From Somniosus microcephalus (lineage: Eukaryota), in the NCBI GenBank assembly GCA_052327205.1, contig CM126215.1, positions 77,438,001 to 77,502,000 on the forward strand: a DNA stretch of 64,000 nt, written 5' to 3'. Position numbers and translations under genes: made by a program. Below the pieces are notes generated by a model. It was not told the origin of the DNA. It searched no databases and worked only from the letters and a program-made list of their open reading frames with translations. Below, piece by piece: positions 50,316-63,139 of this stretch; positions within the stretch are counted from its first letter, which is position 1; every line of letters starts with the position of its first letter.

Positions 50316-51213
50316 GTCTGCTACTTGTCCCCTGACCCCACATTCTCTGACCTTATTCATCAGTCTATTATGGGATAGCTTATCGAAGGCCTTTTGAAAA
50401 TCCAGGTAAATTACATCTACTGTATTACCGTTGCCATTACCATTACAATTACTGCATTCGGTGTTTTATAAACTACAACCCTCCAGTCCTTCTACTGCTC
50501 AGCAGCCTCAGCAGGTCAATATGGATGGTATCTACATGCTTGGAATTACCCCAGCCCAAATGCATTGCTTGTATTACATTGAAAGACATCTGCCACTCAT
50601 GGGCCCATTTCCCCATTGCATCTAGGTCTGTCTGCAGACTATTTATTTTGGCCACAATTTTAACTCTTGCATATATTTTCATGTCATCAGCAAACTTCTG
50701 GACCATTCCTTTGAGGCCTTCATCCAGATTATTAATAAAGATAGTGGAGAGCAACTCACCTAACGTAGATCTTGGTAACTAGCAACCGACTCCCACACAG
50801 AGCTGCTACAATTAAAATCCACCTCTGTCTATTCGAATGCACCCAATTCTTTATCCAACCTAAGATCTGCCCGCCAATTGTAAATGTCGCAACCTTACTT
50901 AGCCTTTCGTGCGGTACTTTATCAAAGGCTTTTTGAAAATCGAGATAGACAATATGTACCAGGCTTCCATCATCCAACAACTTTGTAACCTGTTCCAAAA
51001 AATTCAATCCTGTTGGTGAGACAGGACCTCCTTTTCTAGAAGCCGTGCTGTGATTTCCTAATAGCCTCTGCTCTTTCTAAATGATCATGCAATACATCCC
51101 TAATAACACCTTCCAGCAACTTGCCTATAACTGAAGTTAAACTAATGAGCCTACAATTTTCTAGTTCTTAGTTGCTGCCTTTTTTAAATATTGGCACCAC
51201 ATGGACCTCACTC

Positions 51214-53946
51214 TGTATTGATTTCTTTGTGGGTTCAATGACGAGACATTTATGAAAGAGAATGTCTTTTTAATCTAAAGTCTGTTCAACTCTTTATACA
51301 GCATTTACAGGAGACATCATGCCAGTGATGCATCTAGAACGAAACTGAAACTAAACCAAACTGCTTGTCTCTGTCACATGACCTCTGCTGGTCAGGCATA
51401 AGTAATCAATACCTGCAACTATGCTGGTAAGGCATGATAATCAAACAGGCAAATAACATCACTATTTGCTGATATCATTACATCTCCCTTTCTTAAAACA
51501 AAAGTATTTTACTTTTAACTAACAACATGTTTTCTTTGTATTAATCTGCATTTTAACTGTAACACTTAATGAACTTACATTAACATTATCATTATCAAGG
51601 TTTTTTAACCTTGCTTTGTGTGTTCACATGAAATATGTAAATGCACTAGAACTTGAAGAAAGAATAAGATAACATTACTTCCTTCTATAACAATAGTCCT
51701 TAAATTTGCTCAATGAGTCTCTCAGGAGGCTTCACGCGTCTTGAGGATTTTCTGATTGATTGTCCTTGAATCTGAGTTGTTGCCTCAGATGATGTGTTCT
51801 CAGCTGTGTGATCAGGTTGTTCAACAGTATCAGTCTCTTGACCTGCTGTGGCTGGTCCCATGAGAAGATCTCGGCGATTTCTTCTCAGAACAGCACCCTC
51901 ATCTGTCTGAATGGTGTATGATCTTGGTTGAACTTCACTCAGGACAGTTCCCTTCTGAGTCCATGTGTTTGTTTTGTCTTTGAACCTTACTTGGTCACCA
52001 GTGTGGAGTTCAGGTAGGTTTTGTGTTCCTCTGTCATAGTAGTACTTTTGCTTTTCTTTCTGTTGCTCTTTGAACTTCCTCACTTTCTCCCCCTCTTTTG
52101 TTTTCAGGAGGTTCTCCGGGATGGGTAGGTTTGACCTTAGCATACGTCCCATAAGGAGTTGGGCTGGTGACATACCACACTCGAGCGGCGTTGTGCGGTA
52201 TACAAGCATGCTCTGGTAGAAGTCAGTTCCACTGTCTTTTGCCTTGCACATCAGTCTTTTCACTGTGTTTGCGGGCTCTCCTGGGTCAACAGCTCTGGAC
52301 AACGTGTCTGCTGTATACATCAGCTTACCCGGTGTGTACGCAACATTCAGTTCATCATAGACTGTCTCTCCTTCGCTTTCCACAACGAGGACTCTCTTTA
52401 CCAGGTTCAGTCTCTCACAGGCTTTTAAACCTAGTATGGCTTGCACATCCTTTGGCACCACGATTAATGCTAGCGTGTGCTCTCTGTCCTTGTGTGTTAC
52501 TTTGACAATGCATCTTCCTTTCACTGGTATATCAGTACCTGTGTATCCTGTCACTTTCACTTTTATTCCATGTATCTTTGGTCTGGGTCTAATTTTCTTA
52601 AAATCAGTCTCTGATATCACATTAACTTGTGCTCCAGTATCCAATTTAAATGGAATATGTATGTCATTCACTTTTAGTGTCAACATCCAGTCTCTTTCTT
52701 CTTTTTTGTTTTCAGACACAACATCTACATAGAACTCCTCTATCTCACTTTCATCTACTGTATGGACCTTGCTTTGTTGCGCTTGGTTCTTGCAGCAACG
52801 GGCATAATGGTTGTTTTTGTTGCAACTATTGCATGTTTTACCATATGCTGGACACTTTCTTGGTGTATGCTGTGTACCGCATCGACTACATGACTTTCGA
52901 TTGTCCCTTTCATGTTTGTTCGCTGGCCACGCCTCTTTTTTCACATTGGCGCTCTTTTTGTTAACCGGTTTGTGTCCGTTCATTCTCACTGCATCCACGT
53001 TGCAGCTATTATCACTGAACAGCTCCTTTGCCTGCAACTTCACAGTCTCTGTAGCCCTACACAGTGCTATGGCTTTTCCCAGGTCTAGATCTTGCTCTCT
53101 TAGCAGTCTTTCCCTTAGACCATTATCTGGAATACCACACACCAGTCTGTCTTTTATCAGCGAGTCTGTCAGTCCCCCAAATTCACACGATTTGCTTCGG
53201 TTTCTCAGTTCAGTCACATACTGATCAATAGTCTCACCCGTTTTCTGTACACATGTGAAAAATCTGTGCCTCTCAAACGTCACGTTACGTTTAGGTATGC
53301 AGTAGGCCTCAAACTGTTCCATTATTTTATCTAGCTTCATTTTGTCTCCATCAGCAGCGAATGTGAAGTTATTATACACCTCCAGCGCTTCATCACCCAC
53401 GACATGTAAGAACAGTGACGATTTCCTTTTATTACTTTTCTCGTCAGCTCCGATTGCTGATAAATACAACCCCACACGTTGTTTGAATCTCCTCCAATTT
53501 TCAGCCACATTACCTGTCAACTGAAGCTTCGCCGGTGGGAGTAAACCTTCCATTTTTCACTTCGTTAGCTATTCTCTAATGGTAAGTAACAATGTTCTCT
53601 TTTGGCTTGCTAATTTGTGGAGAGCTGATTTAACTTCAGATTTTTTCTCTTCATCTCTTTCAGCCACTTCTGACACCATGTATTGATTTCTTTGTGGGTT
53701 CAATGACGAGACATTTATGAAAGAGAATGTCTTTTAATCTAAAGCTTGTTCAACTCTTTATACAGCATTTACAGGAGACATCATGCTAGTGATGCATCTA
53801 GAACAAAACTGAAACTAAACCAAACTGCTTGTCTCTGTCACATGACCTCTGCTGGTCAGCCATAAGTAATCAATACCTGCAACTATGCTGGTAAGGCATG
53901 ATAATCAAACAGGCAAATAACATCACTATTTGCTGATATCATTACA
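51214..53946 (-). mobile_element. internally deleted Gypsy LTR retrotransposon (element 3)
   Basis: LTRs 51214-51482 and 53679-53946 (about 5 substitutions + 1 indel by eye), TSD CACTC, PBS TGGTGTCAGAAGTGG (tRNA-Leu-like), PPT AAGAAAGGGAGA. Confidence 0.96.
51700..53553 (-). CDS. Gag-protease fused in frame to the RNase H tail and integrase C-terminus (617 aa)
   Basis: CSRCG..H..CPA..CNSC..NHY..C; LDTGAQ; YTPGK..ADTLSR; YRTTP...SPAQLLMGR; RRNRR; no YxDD. Confidence 0.9.
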   Translation of the reverse strand: MEGLLPPAKLQLTGNVAENWRRFKQRVGLYLSAIGADEKSNKRKSSLFLHVVGDEALEVYNNFTFAADGDKMKLDKIMEQFEAYCIPKRNVTFERHRFFTCVQKTGETIDQYVTELRNRSKSCEFGGLTDSLIKDRLVCGIPDNGLRERLLREQDLDLGKAIALCRATETVKLQAKELFSDNSCNVDAVRMNGHKPVNKKSANVKKEAWPANKHERDNRKSCSRCGTQHTPRKCPAYGKTCNSCNKNNHYARCCKNQAQQSKVHTVDESEIEEFYVDVVSENKKEERDWMLTLKVNDIHIPFKLDTGAQVNVISETDFKKIRPRPKIHGIKVKVTGYTGTDIPVKGRCIVKVTHKDREHTLALIVVPKDVQAILGLKACERLNLVKRVLVVESEGETVYDELNVAYTPGKLMYTADTLSRAVDPGEPANTVKRLMCKAKDSGTDFYQSMLVYRTTPLECGMSPAQLLMGRMLRSNLPIPENLLKTKEGEKVRKFKEQQKEKQKYYYDRGTQNLPELHTGDQVRFKDKTNTWTQKGTVLSEVQPRSYTIQTDEGAVLRRNRRDLLMGPATAGQETDTVEQPDHTAENTSSEATTQIQGQSIRKSSRRVKPPERLIEQI

Positions 53947-54094
53947 CACTCCAGTTCATGGGAACAATCCCAACCTTCAGTGAGGTGTTAAATATATGAA
54001 CCAATAATTTTCATAATATAGCCACATTTCTTCCAATAGTCTAGGGCCAGCAGTGAAATATGTTTAAAAGCCTACCTCTAGCGAGGACTTTTTC

Positions 54095-55175
54095 TGCATC
54101 TATTTTTTAAAAATTCATTCTTGGGATGCGGACGTTCAGCATTTATTGCCCATCCCTTGCTGCCTTTGAGAAGGTGGTGGTGAGCCGCCTTCTTGAACCG
54201 CTGCAGTCCGTGTGGTGAAGGTACTCCCATAGCGCTGTTAGGGAGGGCGTTCCAGGATTTTGACCCAGCGACGATGAAGGAACGGCGATATACTTCCAAG
54301 TCAGGATGGTGTGTGACTTGGAGGGGAACTTGGAGGTGGTGGTGTTCCCATGCGCCTGCTGCCCTTGTCCTTCTAGGTGGTAGAAGTCGTGGGTTTGAGA
54401 GGTGCTACCGAAGAAGCCTTGGCGAGTTGCTGCAGTGCATCTTGTAGATGGTACACACAGCAGCCACAGTACGCCGGTGGTGGAGGGAGTGAATGTTTAA
54501 GGTAGTCGATGGGGTGCCAATCAAGTGGGCTGCTTTGTCCTGGATGGTATCGAGCTTCTTGAGTTTTGTTGCAGCTGCACTCATCCAGGCAAGTGGAGGG
54601 TATTCCATCACACTCCTTACTTGTGCCTTGTAGACGGTGGAAACGCTTTGGGGGTTCAGGAGGTGAGACACTCGCCACAGAATACCCAGCCTTTGACCTG
54701 CTCTTGTTGCCACAGTATTTATGCGGCTGGTCCAGTTAAGTTTCTGGTCAATGGTGACCCCCAGGATGTTGATGGTGGGGGATTCGGCGATGATAATGTC
54801 GTTGAATGTCAAGGGGCAGTGGTTAGACTCTCACTTGTTGGAGATAGTCATTGCCTGGCACTTGTGTGGTGCAAATGTTACCTGCCACTTATCAGCCCAA
54901 GCCTGAATGTCGTCCAGGTCTTGCTGCATGCGGGCATAGACTGCTTCATTATCTGAGGAGTTGCGAATGGCACTGAGCACTGTCATCAGCGAACATCCCC
55001 ATTTCTGACCTTATGTTGGAGGGAAGGTCATTGATGAAGCAGCTGAAAATGGGTGGGCCTAGGACACTGGCCTGAGGAACTCCTGCAGCGATGTCCTGGG
55101 GCTGAGATGATTGACCTTCAACCACCACAACCATCTTCCTTTGTGCTAGGTATGATACCAGCCAGTGGAGAGTCT
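54095..55175 (-). mobile_element. CR1-group LINE of a distinct family, 3' part (further pieces at ~55280-55590 and ~60825-61030 on plus)
   Basis: GVPQASVLGP, MFADD, ILGVTIDQKLNW, YKAQVRSVMEY. Confidence 0.85.
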
Positions 55176-55736
55176 ATCAGTCTATTACGACATGCTCAAT
55201 TTTAGCATCACCGCTTTGCAACAGCATTGGTAACTCAGTATCATCTTCAGTAGTGAGGACTGATGCAAAGTGGGCATTTAAAAACAAAGCAATCCGCTTG
55301 ATCGGCACTTCATCCCTGAGCTTCAAATTCCAACTCCTCCACCAGCGGCATATCATGGCAGCAGTGTGTACTATCCACAAGATGGACATATATCGCTGTT
55401 CCTTCATTGTTGCTAGGTCAAAATTGTGAAACTCCCTACTCAACAGCATTGTTGGAACACCTTCACCACATGGACTGCAGTGGATTAAGTAGGTGGCCCA
55501 CCACCACCTTCTCAAGGGCAACTAAGGATGGGCAATAAATGCCAGCCTTGCCAGCGATGCCCACATCCTGAAGAATGATTTTAAAAAAACTCAGCTATAC
55601 CTTGGGACTCCACCCGAATCTGCCCAGAAGAATCCCTTAATCACCCTATATAGTCCTTGATGCCTCTCTGACTCTTAACATAGCTGAAAAAGACCTTGCT
55701 ATCAATACCACAGCTACACACTATTCTCTTTTACAG

Positions 55737-56405
55737 GTGCAGCTGGCAGTTAAGAAGGCAAATGGTATGTTGGCCTTCGTAGCGAGTGGGTTTGAGTACA
55801 GGAACAAGGATGCCTTGCTGCAGTTGTACAGGGCCTTGGTGAGACCACACCTTGAGTATTGTGTGCAGTTTTGGTCGCCTTATCTGAGGAAGGATATTCT
55901 TGCCATGGAAGGAGTTCAGCGAAGATTCACCAGGCTGATACCTGGGATGGCAGGAATGACGTATGAGGAGAGATTGGGACGATTGGGCTTGTACTCGCTG
56001 GAGTTTAGAAGAATGAGGGAGGATCTCATTGAAACTTATAAAATTCTGACAGGATTGGACAGACTAGATGCAGGAAGGATGTTCCTGATGGCGGGGGAGT
56101 ACAGAACCAGGGGTCACAGCCTAAGGATAAGGGGTAGGCCATTTAGGACAGAAATGAGGAGGAATTTCTTCACCCAGAGAGTGGTGAACCTGTGGAATTC
56201 TCTACCACAGAAGGCAGTAGAAGCCAATTCATTAAATATATTCAAGAAGGAGTTGGATATATTTCTTAAGGCTAAAGGGATCCAGGGGTATGGGGAGAAA
56301 GCAGGGCCGGGTACTGAAATTGGATGATCAGCCATGATCGCATTGAATGGCGGAGCAGGCTCGAAGGGCCGAATGGCCTACTCCTGCTCCTATCTTCTAT
56401 GTTTC
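55737..56405 (+). mobile_element. CR1 3' fragment, same subfamily as 6915-15710
   Basis: Near-identical to 15035-15710 including the 3' UTR. Confidence 0.93.
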
Positions 56406-56659
56406 TTTTACTCTTTTAGCCAATCTGATAACAGATTTTATTGTCCTTAACTGAATCCGATGCCCATTGTTATTCCCTTGAGAGTTATTTGTCTTGGACC
56501 TGGTAAAATATTTCTGCTTTAGTTTAATTTGTCTTCACCAGTTAGCCATTTGGTTTTGTTTTACCATTGACCCTTCTTTTGGCCTGGTATATGCATGACT
56601 TCTTTTTGCATAAAAATTGTTTTAAAACTAATCAAATTTTCAGTGTTCTTTGCATCTAA

Positions 56660-56831
56660 CTGTATGATATGGTAGAGGGAGTCACATATAATCTGTATGA
56701 TATGGTACAGGGAGTCACATATAATCTGTATGATATGGTACAGGGAGTCACATATAATCTGTATGATATGGTAGAGGGAGTCACATATAATCTGTATGAT
56801 ATGGTGCAGGGAGTCACATATAATCTGTATG
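56660..56831. repeat. 33-bp minisatellite (about 5 copies) inside a Harbinger transposase remnant
   Basis: Unit CTGTATGATATGGTA(G/C)AGGGAGTCACATATAAT; minus translation FMNRKGFHSISIQIICDS then (..IIQIICDSLYH)n. Confidence 0.92.
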
Positions 56832-57387
56832 CTTATTGAATGGAACCCCTTTCTGTTCATAAATGCCAAAGCATTGGTGAGAAGAACCCATACGGCCAGT
56901 GATGCTATGTTAGCACCTCAGTCCTTGAGGTCTTGATTGGTACAGTCCCAACCACCAACACCACAACCGTCTGACACTGAGGTAGGAGTAGGAGTCACTC
57001 AGAGAGGCTTTTGCATGACTGGGTTAGGAATTGGTCAAATTTACCCTATTGGAATACAAGGGGGGCTAAATTGGACAGGGCACGAAAATGGGTGTAGGGA
57101 TTGCAATGCGGGATTAACCTGCACACGTTGCTTCTGATACAGGCAGCACGCCAACTTTGTGTTGCCTGCTAATTGCCATGATTGCAGCATGCAGCCAGCG
57201 CTAAGTGCGCTGTTGAGTGGCTGCACACCTCAACAGGGAGCCCATAATTGTGAGAGACTAGTACCACTTAAAGCTAGCCTGCACTTCTTAAAGCCAGTCT
57301 GCACCTCTTAAAGGGGAGGTGCATTGTGGCTGGAGCGGGTGCTGGAAGTTGTCGAGGAAGATATTGTGACCTGGGAAAGACTGAATA

Positions 57388-59910
57388 ATGGTGCAACAGG
57401 GGAGAGCGCGGCTCCAAGGTTCTCAAATGCGGCACTGGAGGCCTTGGTGGAGGAGGTGGATAGGAGGAGAGATGTGCTCTATCCACAGGGGGCCAGGAGG
57501 CCCTCCGTACAAACTTCGCGAAGGCAGTGAGACCAGAAAGCCATGGTGGTCAATGCCAGGAGTCAAGCCTGGAGGACCTGGATGCAGTGCCAGCAAAAGT
57601 TCAATGACCTCACACAAGTGGTCAAGGTCAGTGAATGCATCTTCAAATGTCATATTCCCACCAACTGCGCCACTAGCCTCAGTATCTGCTCATCTGCTCA
57701 ATGCACCACACCCCCATCACTCAACTAACAACAAGCTCTATCAATCAGGACCCAGCACCAAGCTCATGGTCTACAGAGCAGTAGTGATACCCGCCCTCCT
57801 GTAGGCTTCAGAGACATGGACCATGTACAGCAGGCACCTCACAGCATTGGAGAGATACCACCAACACTGCCTCCACAAAATCCTACAAATCCATTGGCAG
57901 GATAGGCGCACCAACGTCAGTGTTCTCGCTCAGGCCAACATCCCCAGCATCGAAGCTTTGACCATGCTCGATCAGCTTCGATGGACAGGCCACATCGTCC
58001 GCATGCCTGATACGAGACTCCCAAAGCAAGCGCTCTACTCGGAACTCCGACATGGCAAGAGAGCCCCAGGTGGACAGAGGAAACGCTTCAAGGACACCCT
58101 CAAAGCCTCCTTGAAAAAGTGCAACATCCCCACCGACACCTGGGAATCCCTGGCCTAAGACTGTGCAAAGTACAGGAGAAGCCGAACACCTCGAGTCTCT
58201 TCACCGGGAGCAAGCGAAAGCCAAGCGCAAACAGCGGAAGGATTGCACATCAACCCAAGCACCCCACCCACCCACCCCATCAACCACCGTCTGCCCCGCC
58301 TGTGACAGAGACTGTAGGTCCCACATTGGACTCATCAGTCACCTGAGAACTCATTTTTAGTGTGGAAGCAAGTCATCCTCGGTTCCGAGAGACTGCCTAA
58401 GAAGAAGATACCTAACATTCATAGCTTCACCTCACCCTCACACACTTAGCACTGCTGCAAGCCTCACGCCCACATCTCACAGTTTGTACACACTTCCAGC
58501 TATTTAACCATGACAGCCACATCACCCAAACAGATTTCACCACACTCACTGACACACTTCCCTCTCTCTTGCACGACAAGGTGGCGCACAATCGAAAGTA
58601 GCAGGAGCTAACCAGCGGGCGACAGGCACGGCTCCATGTCCTTACCCCCAAGGAGGAGACGGTGCTCGCCATCATTGGAGCAGCCATTGCTGAGGTCGTG
58701 GCCTGTGATGGAGCTGAAACCATAGAAGATGACGGTATCCACATACCTAATCCTCCTTCTTACATCCCACTTCCTACTCATCCCACCATCTCTCCTGATT
58801 TACAAACTGCAGATGGTGTAAGCATGCACCTCTTGCTTCTGCCTGCCGCCCCCCCCCCCCCGATCCCCTCACCACAACCCTACCCTTGTGCCTCTCTCCT
58901 TTCTGATACCAAAGAACTGTAACCTGGCCAGGCAGTGGTGGAAGAGCAATATGTGGAAGAGCAAGAAGGCAATGATGATGAAAAAACACTGTCACTCGAT
59001 TTCACACTCACAGCCACCAGCGCAGATACTGACACTGCGTGTAATTTAGAGGATAGCTTGGAGGTGGGATCTGCACATGGCGAGACACCGGGCACGAGTG
59101 GCCTGCAGCCAGGGCAGGTAGCGCAGGTGCCAGCTCACCAGAGGATGAGGTTGCACACGAGTTCTGCTGCAGAGGACTCTGATGAGTACTTCGATGGGGC
59201 AGGCTACAGAAGAAGGCTGATGGGTGTGCACAATGAAATGCATGGTGCATTGGCAGGCCTGCCAGAAAGCCTGCGTGCAATGTCAAGGAGCATGGAGGAA
59301 TCTGGCACCAATTTGCCACAGGGCTTTGCACAGAGCTTGGAGCCCATCCTTTCCAGCATGGAAGTGGTGGAAAGTGGCCACTCCATTAGTACACTTGAGG
59401 ACCCAACCATGATGCAGTGTCTGATGGCTGATGTTTCAGCTTCTGTTGCAGCACAAGCAAAAGCCGCCCAACATCTGGCTGCTGCAGTGGAAGCTCAAAC
59501 TTCTGTCATGCCAGGTCAGCTTGCTGCCATGCAAACTCAGACTGCTGCCATCATGGCTGTGGATACCAGTGTTCAAAGGGGCTTGCAGGGTGTCACAGCA
59601 GTCGAGCAATCTGCCCTACCATAGATTACTAGGATTGCTGAGGCACTGCCCCGGGGAATGGCAGTGGTCCATGGAGCAAGAACCCACTGTGCTCTCTCAG
59701 GATGACAGCATTCGTCCTCCCATCACTACCACTCTGCCAGTGCCCTTGCTGTTGCCTGTTAGCCAGCCAGCCCAGGCTGCTACCGCCCATGCCGAGCTGG
59801 GCCTTCTAGGCCTAGAGCTGCTAGAGGTTGTCCTCCAAGGCCATCTGCAGTCTCCTCCACTGAAAGTCAACAGCTTTCCACCTGCCATGCTGCAGCCACT
59901 GGGGTAGCAC
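57388..59910 (+). pseudogene. Harbinger Myb/SANT-like protein gene, about 3 exons (~57388-57626, ~58575-58735, ~58910-59910)
   Basis: AAPRFSNAALEALVEEV..RRDVLYP, RTWMQCQQKFNDL/GTCAGT donor; DKVAHNR...LTPKEE; long low-complexity last exon. Confidence 0.75.
57745..58410 (+). mobile_element. RTE (BovB-like clade) LINE 3' fragment in the Myb gene intron
   Basis: YRAVVIPALL.ASETW, QLRWTGHIVRM..RLPKQ, GGQRKRFKD, terminal C2H2 CPAC..HLRTH, (AAG)n tail. Confidence 0.9.
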
Positions 59911-60129
59911 TATGACAGGCAAAGGCACACGGAAGACAGGCACTAAGGGAATGCACAAGGGTGATTAGTTGATGTTTGTATGCAATATAGCATAGTTTGA
60001 TTTATAAATTTCGTTTGGAATGTATATTTTGTGTTGGCTTTTATTTTTGCATTGTAGATGCTGTGATGGTCAGTAACAGAGGGAAGGTAAGGTGTGGACT
60101 GTTGGTGAATGGAGAATTGGGGTTGCGTT

Positions 60130-61260
60130 TACTGGTATCGCGGTCGAATGAGTTGGTCACGACAGCTTGGCCAGAAAGGGGCTGTCTAGGTTGCCTCCTC
60201 CCTTCTTCTTCCTCTTCTTCATCCTCCTCCTCCTCCTACTCCTCCTCGTGCTCCCATGTTGCTTGCTGTATAGCTGATGGCAAGGGCTGTGTCCTCATGA
60301 TGATGAGGTTATGCAGCATGCAGCAGACCACCATGAATCTTGAAACCTCCTCCAGAGTGGTCCAGGCAGTGGAAGCGTTGTTTCAGCATGCCAATGGTCT
60401 GCTCTATCACATTTCGTGTTGCAGCATGGCTTTCGTTATATGCATGCTGCCCACATGTGCGTGGGTTGTGCACCAGAGTCATGAGCCATGGCGTCAATTG
60501 ATAGCACTTGTTGTCCAGTAGCCACCCTTTGGTTTGTTGTGGTGGCTTAAATGCAGCGGATTGCCGCAGAATGAAGGCATCATGACTGCTGGCAGGATAC
60601 AGGGCATTGACCTGCATGATACGCTGTGTATGGTCGCACACCAGCTGGATGTTGAGGGATGGAATCCCTTACGGTTGCGGTAAATCTCAGAGTTGACGTG
60701 CGGTTCCTGCAAAGCGACGTGCGTACAATCAATGGGAATCCTGAAATCCTAGCAAAACCATGTGCTCACTCCACCTGCTGCTCTCTTGCCAGAGAGAATG
60801 AAATGTTGTCAGCTCTCTTGGAATAGATGGTTGTGGTGGTTGAAGGTCAATCATCACAGCCCCAGGACATTGCTGCAGGAGTTCTTCAGGGCAGTGCCCT
60901 CGGCCCAACCATCTTCAGCTGCTTCATCAATGACCTTCCCTCCAACATAAGGTCAGAAATGGGGATGTTCGCTGATGACTGCACAGTGTTCAGTGCCATT
61001 CACAAATCCTCAGATAATGAAGCAGTCCATGCCCGGGCGGATATGGCCTCCTGCTGAGAGCCCTTCTCCCCCTCCTCTTCCCCCCTCTTCTAGCAACTTG
61101 CCCTGCTCTGTGATGCTCTGTGTTGCCTCTGCTCATTCTCCCTGTCATGCTGTATCCCAAGGGAATGCCTACTACTGCACCCATGTCTGGGAGATAGTGG
61201 TTTGTGCAGAAGCCTTGAAGTCTGGACAAAGTCCATCAGCATCTGCCACACCATGCCCTG
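60130..61260 (-). pseudogene. Harbinger transposase remnant, interrupted by a LINE fragment
   Basis: [44 protein letters not shown]. Confidence 0.85.
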
Positions 61261-63139
61261 TAGACTTTAACATCTTTAAAGAACTTTAGAAAGCACCAAA
61301 CACTTGTACAATCACAGCAACAGCCAGTAGAAATCAATGATCCCTTTAAATAGCGCTTGTAGGGGGTCCTTCCTGCTGCTGAACACGATAAGAGAGGGTA
61401 TCAGCTGGTGCATTGCGCTCCAAAATGGCACCACTGGTATCAAATCAGCATTGCTTGCTGATTAATGTCATGATCTGCCTACTTTGCATTCTTCCGGCGG
61501 ACACTCACTGCGTGCGCACTAACGCCCTCACCAAGATGGAGTCCGGCCTGACTTGCACCAGAAGTGTGCGCGCGTGCCGGCCAAACCATTTTGGAGCCAA
61601 AGGGGCACTCATAGCATCGGAACAACGGGCGCTAGGAAACGGAATTTTGCAGGCGAGGTGCTTGTCTGCGGTTGAGGTCAAGAAACATCGTTGCAGTGAA
61701 GAACTGGGAGCTTCACCCTGCATCCAACGTGTGCAATAGTGAGTGGTTGATGGCAGGCAAAAACAAAAATGTGTTTTATTCCCTAGCATGAAAATGCATT
61801 ATTTTGCACATTAAAATCAGTAAAAGTGAACAGCTGGACATTTCAGAGATATATAGAAAAATATTTGCTATGACCATTGGTTTCCACCATTTCATTCCAA
61901 TCCAACTTTACAGTTTTAATGCCTCTCTGGGCAGAATAAGCTTTCACTTCAATTTTCCAAGCAGTCACTACATCACGCTTAACAGGAATAGTCCCTATTT
62001 ATTATACATGATGTTGAAAAATCAAATTTCTAGCATGAAAGCATGTGCAGAAACTCAAGGTATATATCAGTCATGTGAGTTGTCAGGTCTGAATATTCCT
62101 GAATCTAAAATCAGAACCAGCCTGAATCTAATATCTATGGACACTATTGATATAGATGCAGTATTTCTATTAATATACATTCAAAATCTGACAAGATCTA
62201 ATTATAGGAATCTACATTTAAAATGTATCTAATTTCAATGTATAATAATCAATTATACGCACTGAAAACACAACAGATAATGGGTCTAAACGATTGTTTT
62301 ATAAGCTAAATCCTTATGTGTGCAAAATCTCTTTCAGAATTCCAGGTCGATTTGACGGAAACAGATGGTGACTCAGCTGAATGGTATCATTTTGGCTTCT
62401 ACAAATGCCAGGATAAAACTTATTCAAATTTTAAACATAGTTTGTTATACCCCAGCCTGACCTCTACACCTGGGGACCCATCAAAATTACATATGATGGA
62501 GGTGAAGAGAGTATAAAGGAACTCTACTACATATGTTACGGGACTGCTTCAGGGTGTATAGTTCTGGAATAAAATCTTTGATTAAAACACTAACAGAGTT
62601 ATCCAGGATATGAATAGCAATCACCTGATTTGGTCCTCTTGGGAGAGCCATCTTGATTTGTGACCCTAGACACAAGGGTTGTTTGTGTTTGACTGATCTG
62701 TTGCGTGCTAGGAAAAACATGTTTCACAATTGGAAAATCTCTCAGATGCTCTTTTCGGTGTGTTTGGAAACATTGTTGAAACCTTGAACATATTTTGTTT
62801 TGATTCCAAGACCGGTTGAAAAAATTTGGATTCCTGTGCGATGATCATAAGCTGCTTGGAGAATAATTATTCACCTGCCCTTGTTAAGTTAGATTTTCCA
62901 TCTTGAATTTATATCTGTGGCAGTGTAAACTTGGCATGAGTACCATAGTTTACAGATGCCCTAATCTCACTGACTCCACTGAGGTGGCAGTACAGGGATG
63001 GATGACATTATGTTTGGTGCAAAGTAACAACTGGAGCTTCAGTGCTTCAGAATCCATTATAATGGATGATGTCACAATATTATGGCAGGCATTGAATCTT
63101 CCTCTTCCTTACTCACCTTCTGGCATGAATCTGACCTCT

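Larger units (their letters stand above)
50320..54050 (-). mobile_element. old CR1 RT fragments hosting LTR element 3
   Basis: YLDFQKAFDKVPH and FADD; VPMNWS..VVPIFKKG rejoins across the TSD. Confidence 0.8.
57060..61650. mobile_element. two-gene Harbinger transposon, decayed, with nested LINE insertions
   Basis: Left end GGGGCTAAATTGG; spliced Myb/SANT gene on plus, transposase on minus; right boundary approximate. Confidence 0.8.

Noticed and set aside
55720-55745. Splice acceptor exonising the CR1 3' fragment (TTCTCTTTTACAG/GTG)
   Set aside because: The CAGGTG is part of the CR1 sequence itself, and no upstream exon or transcript evidence is visible
56660-56831. CRISPR-like array
   Set aside because: Head-to-tail repeats with no unique spacers, eukaryotic context, derived from transposase sequence
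58935-59624. 229-aa host ORF
   Set aside because: It is the last exon of the Harbinger Myb/SANT gene and is terminated early by a stop
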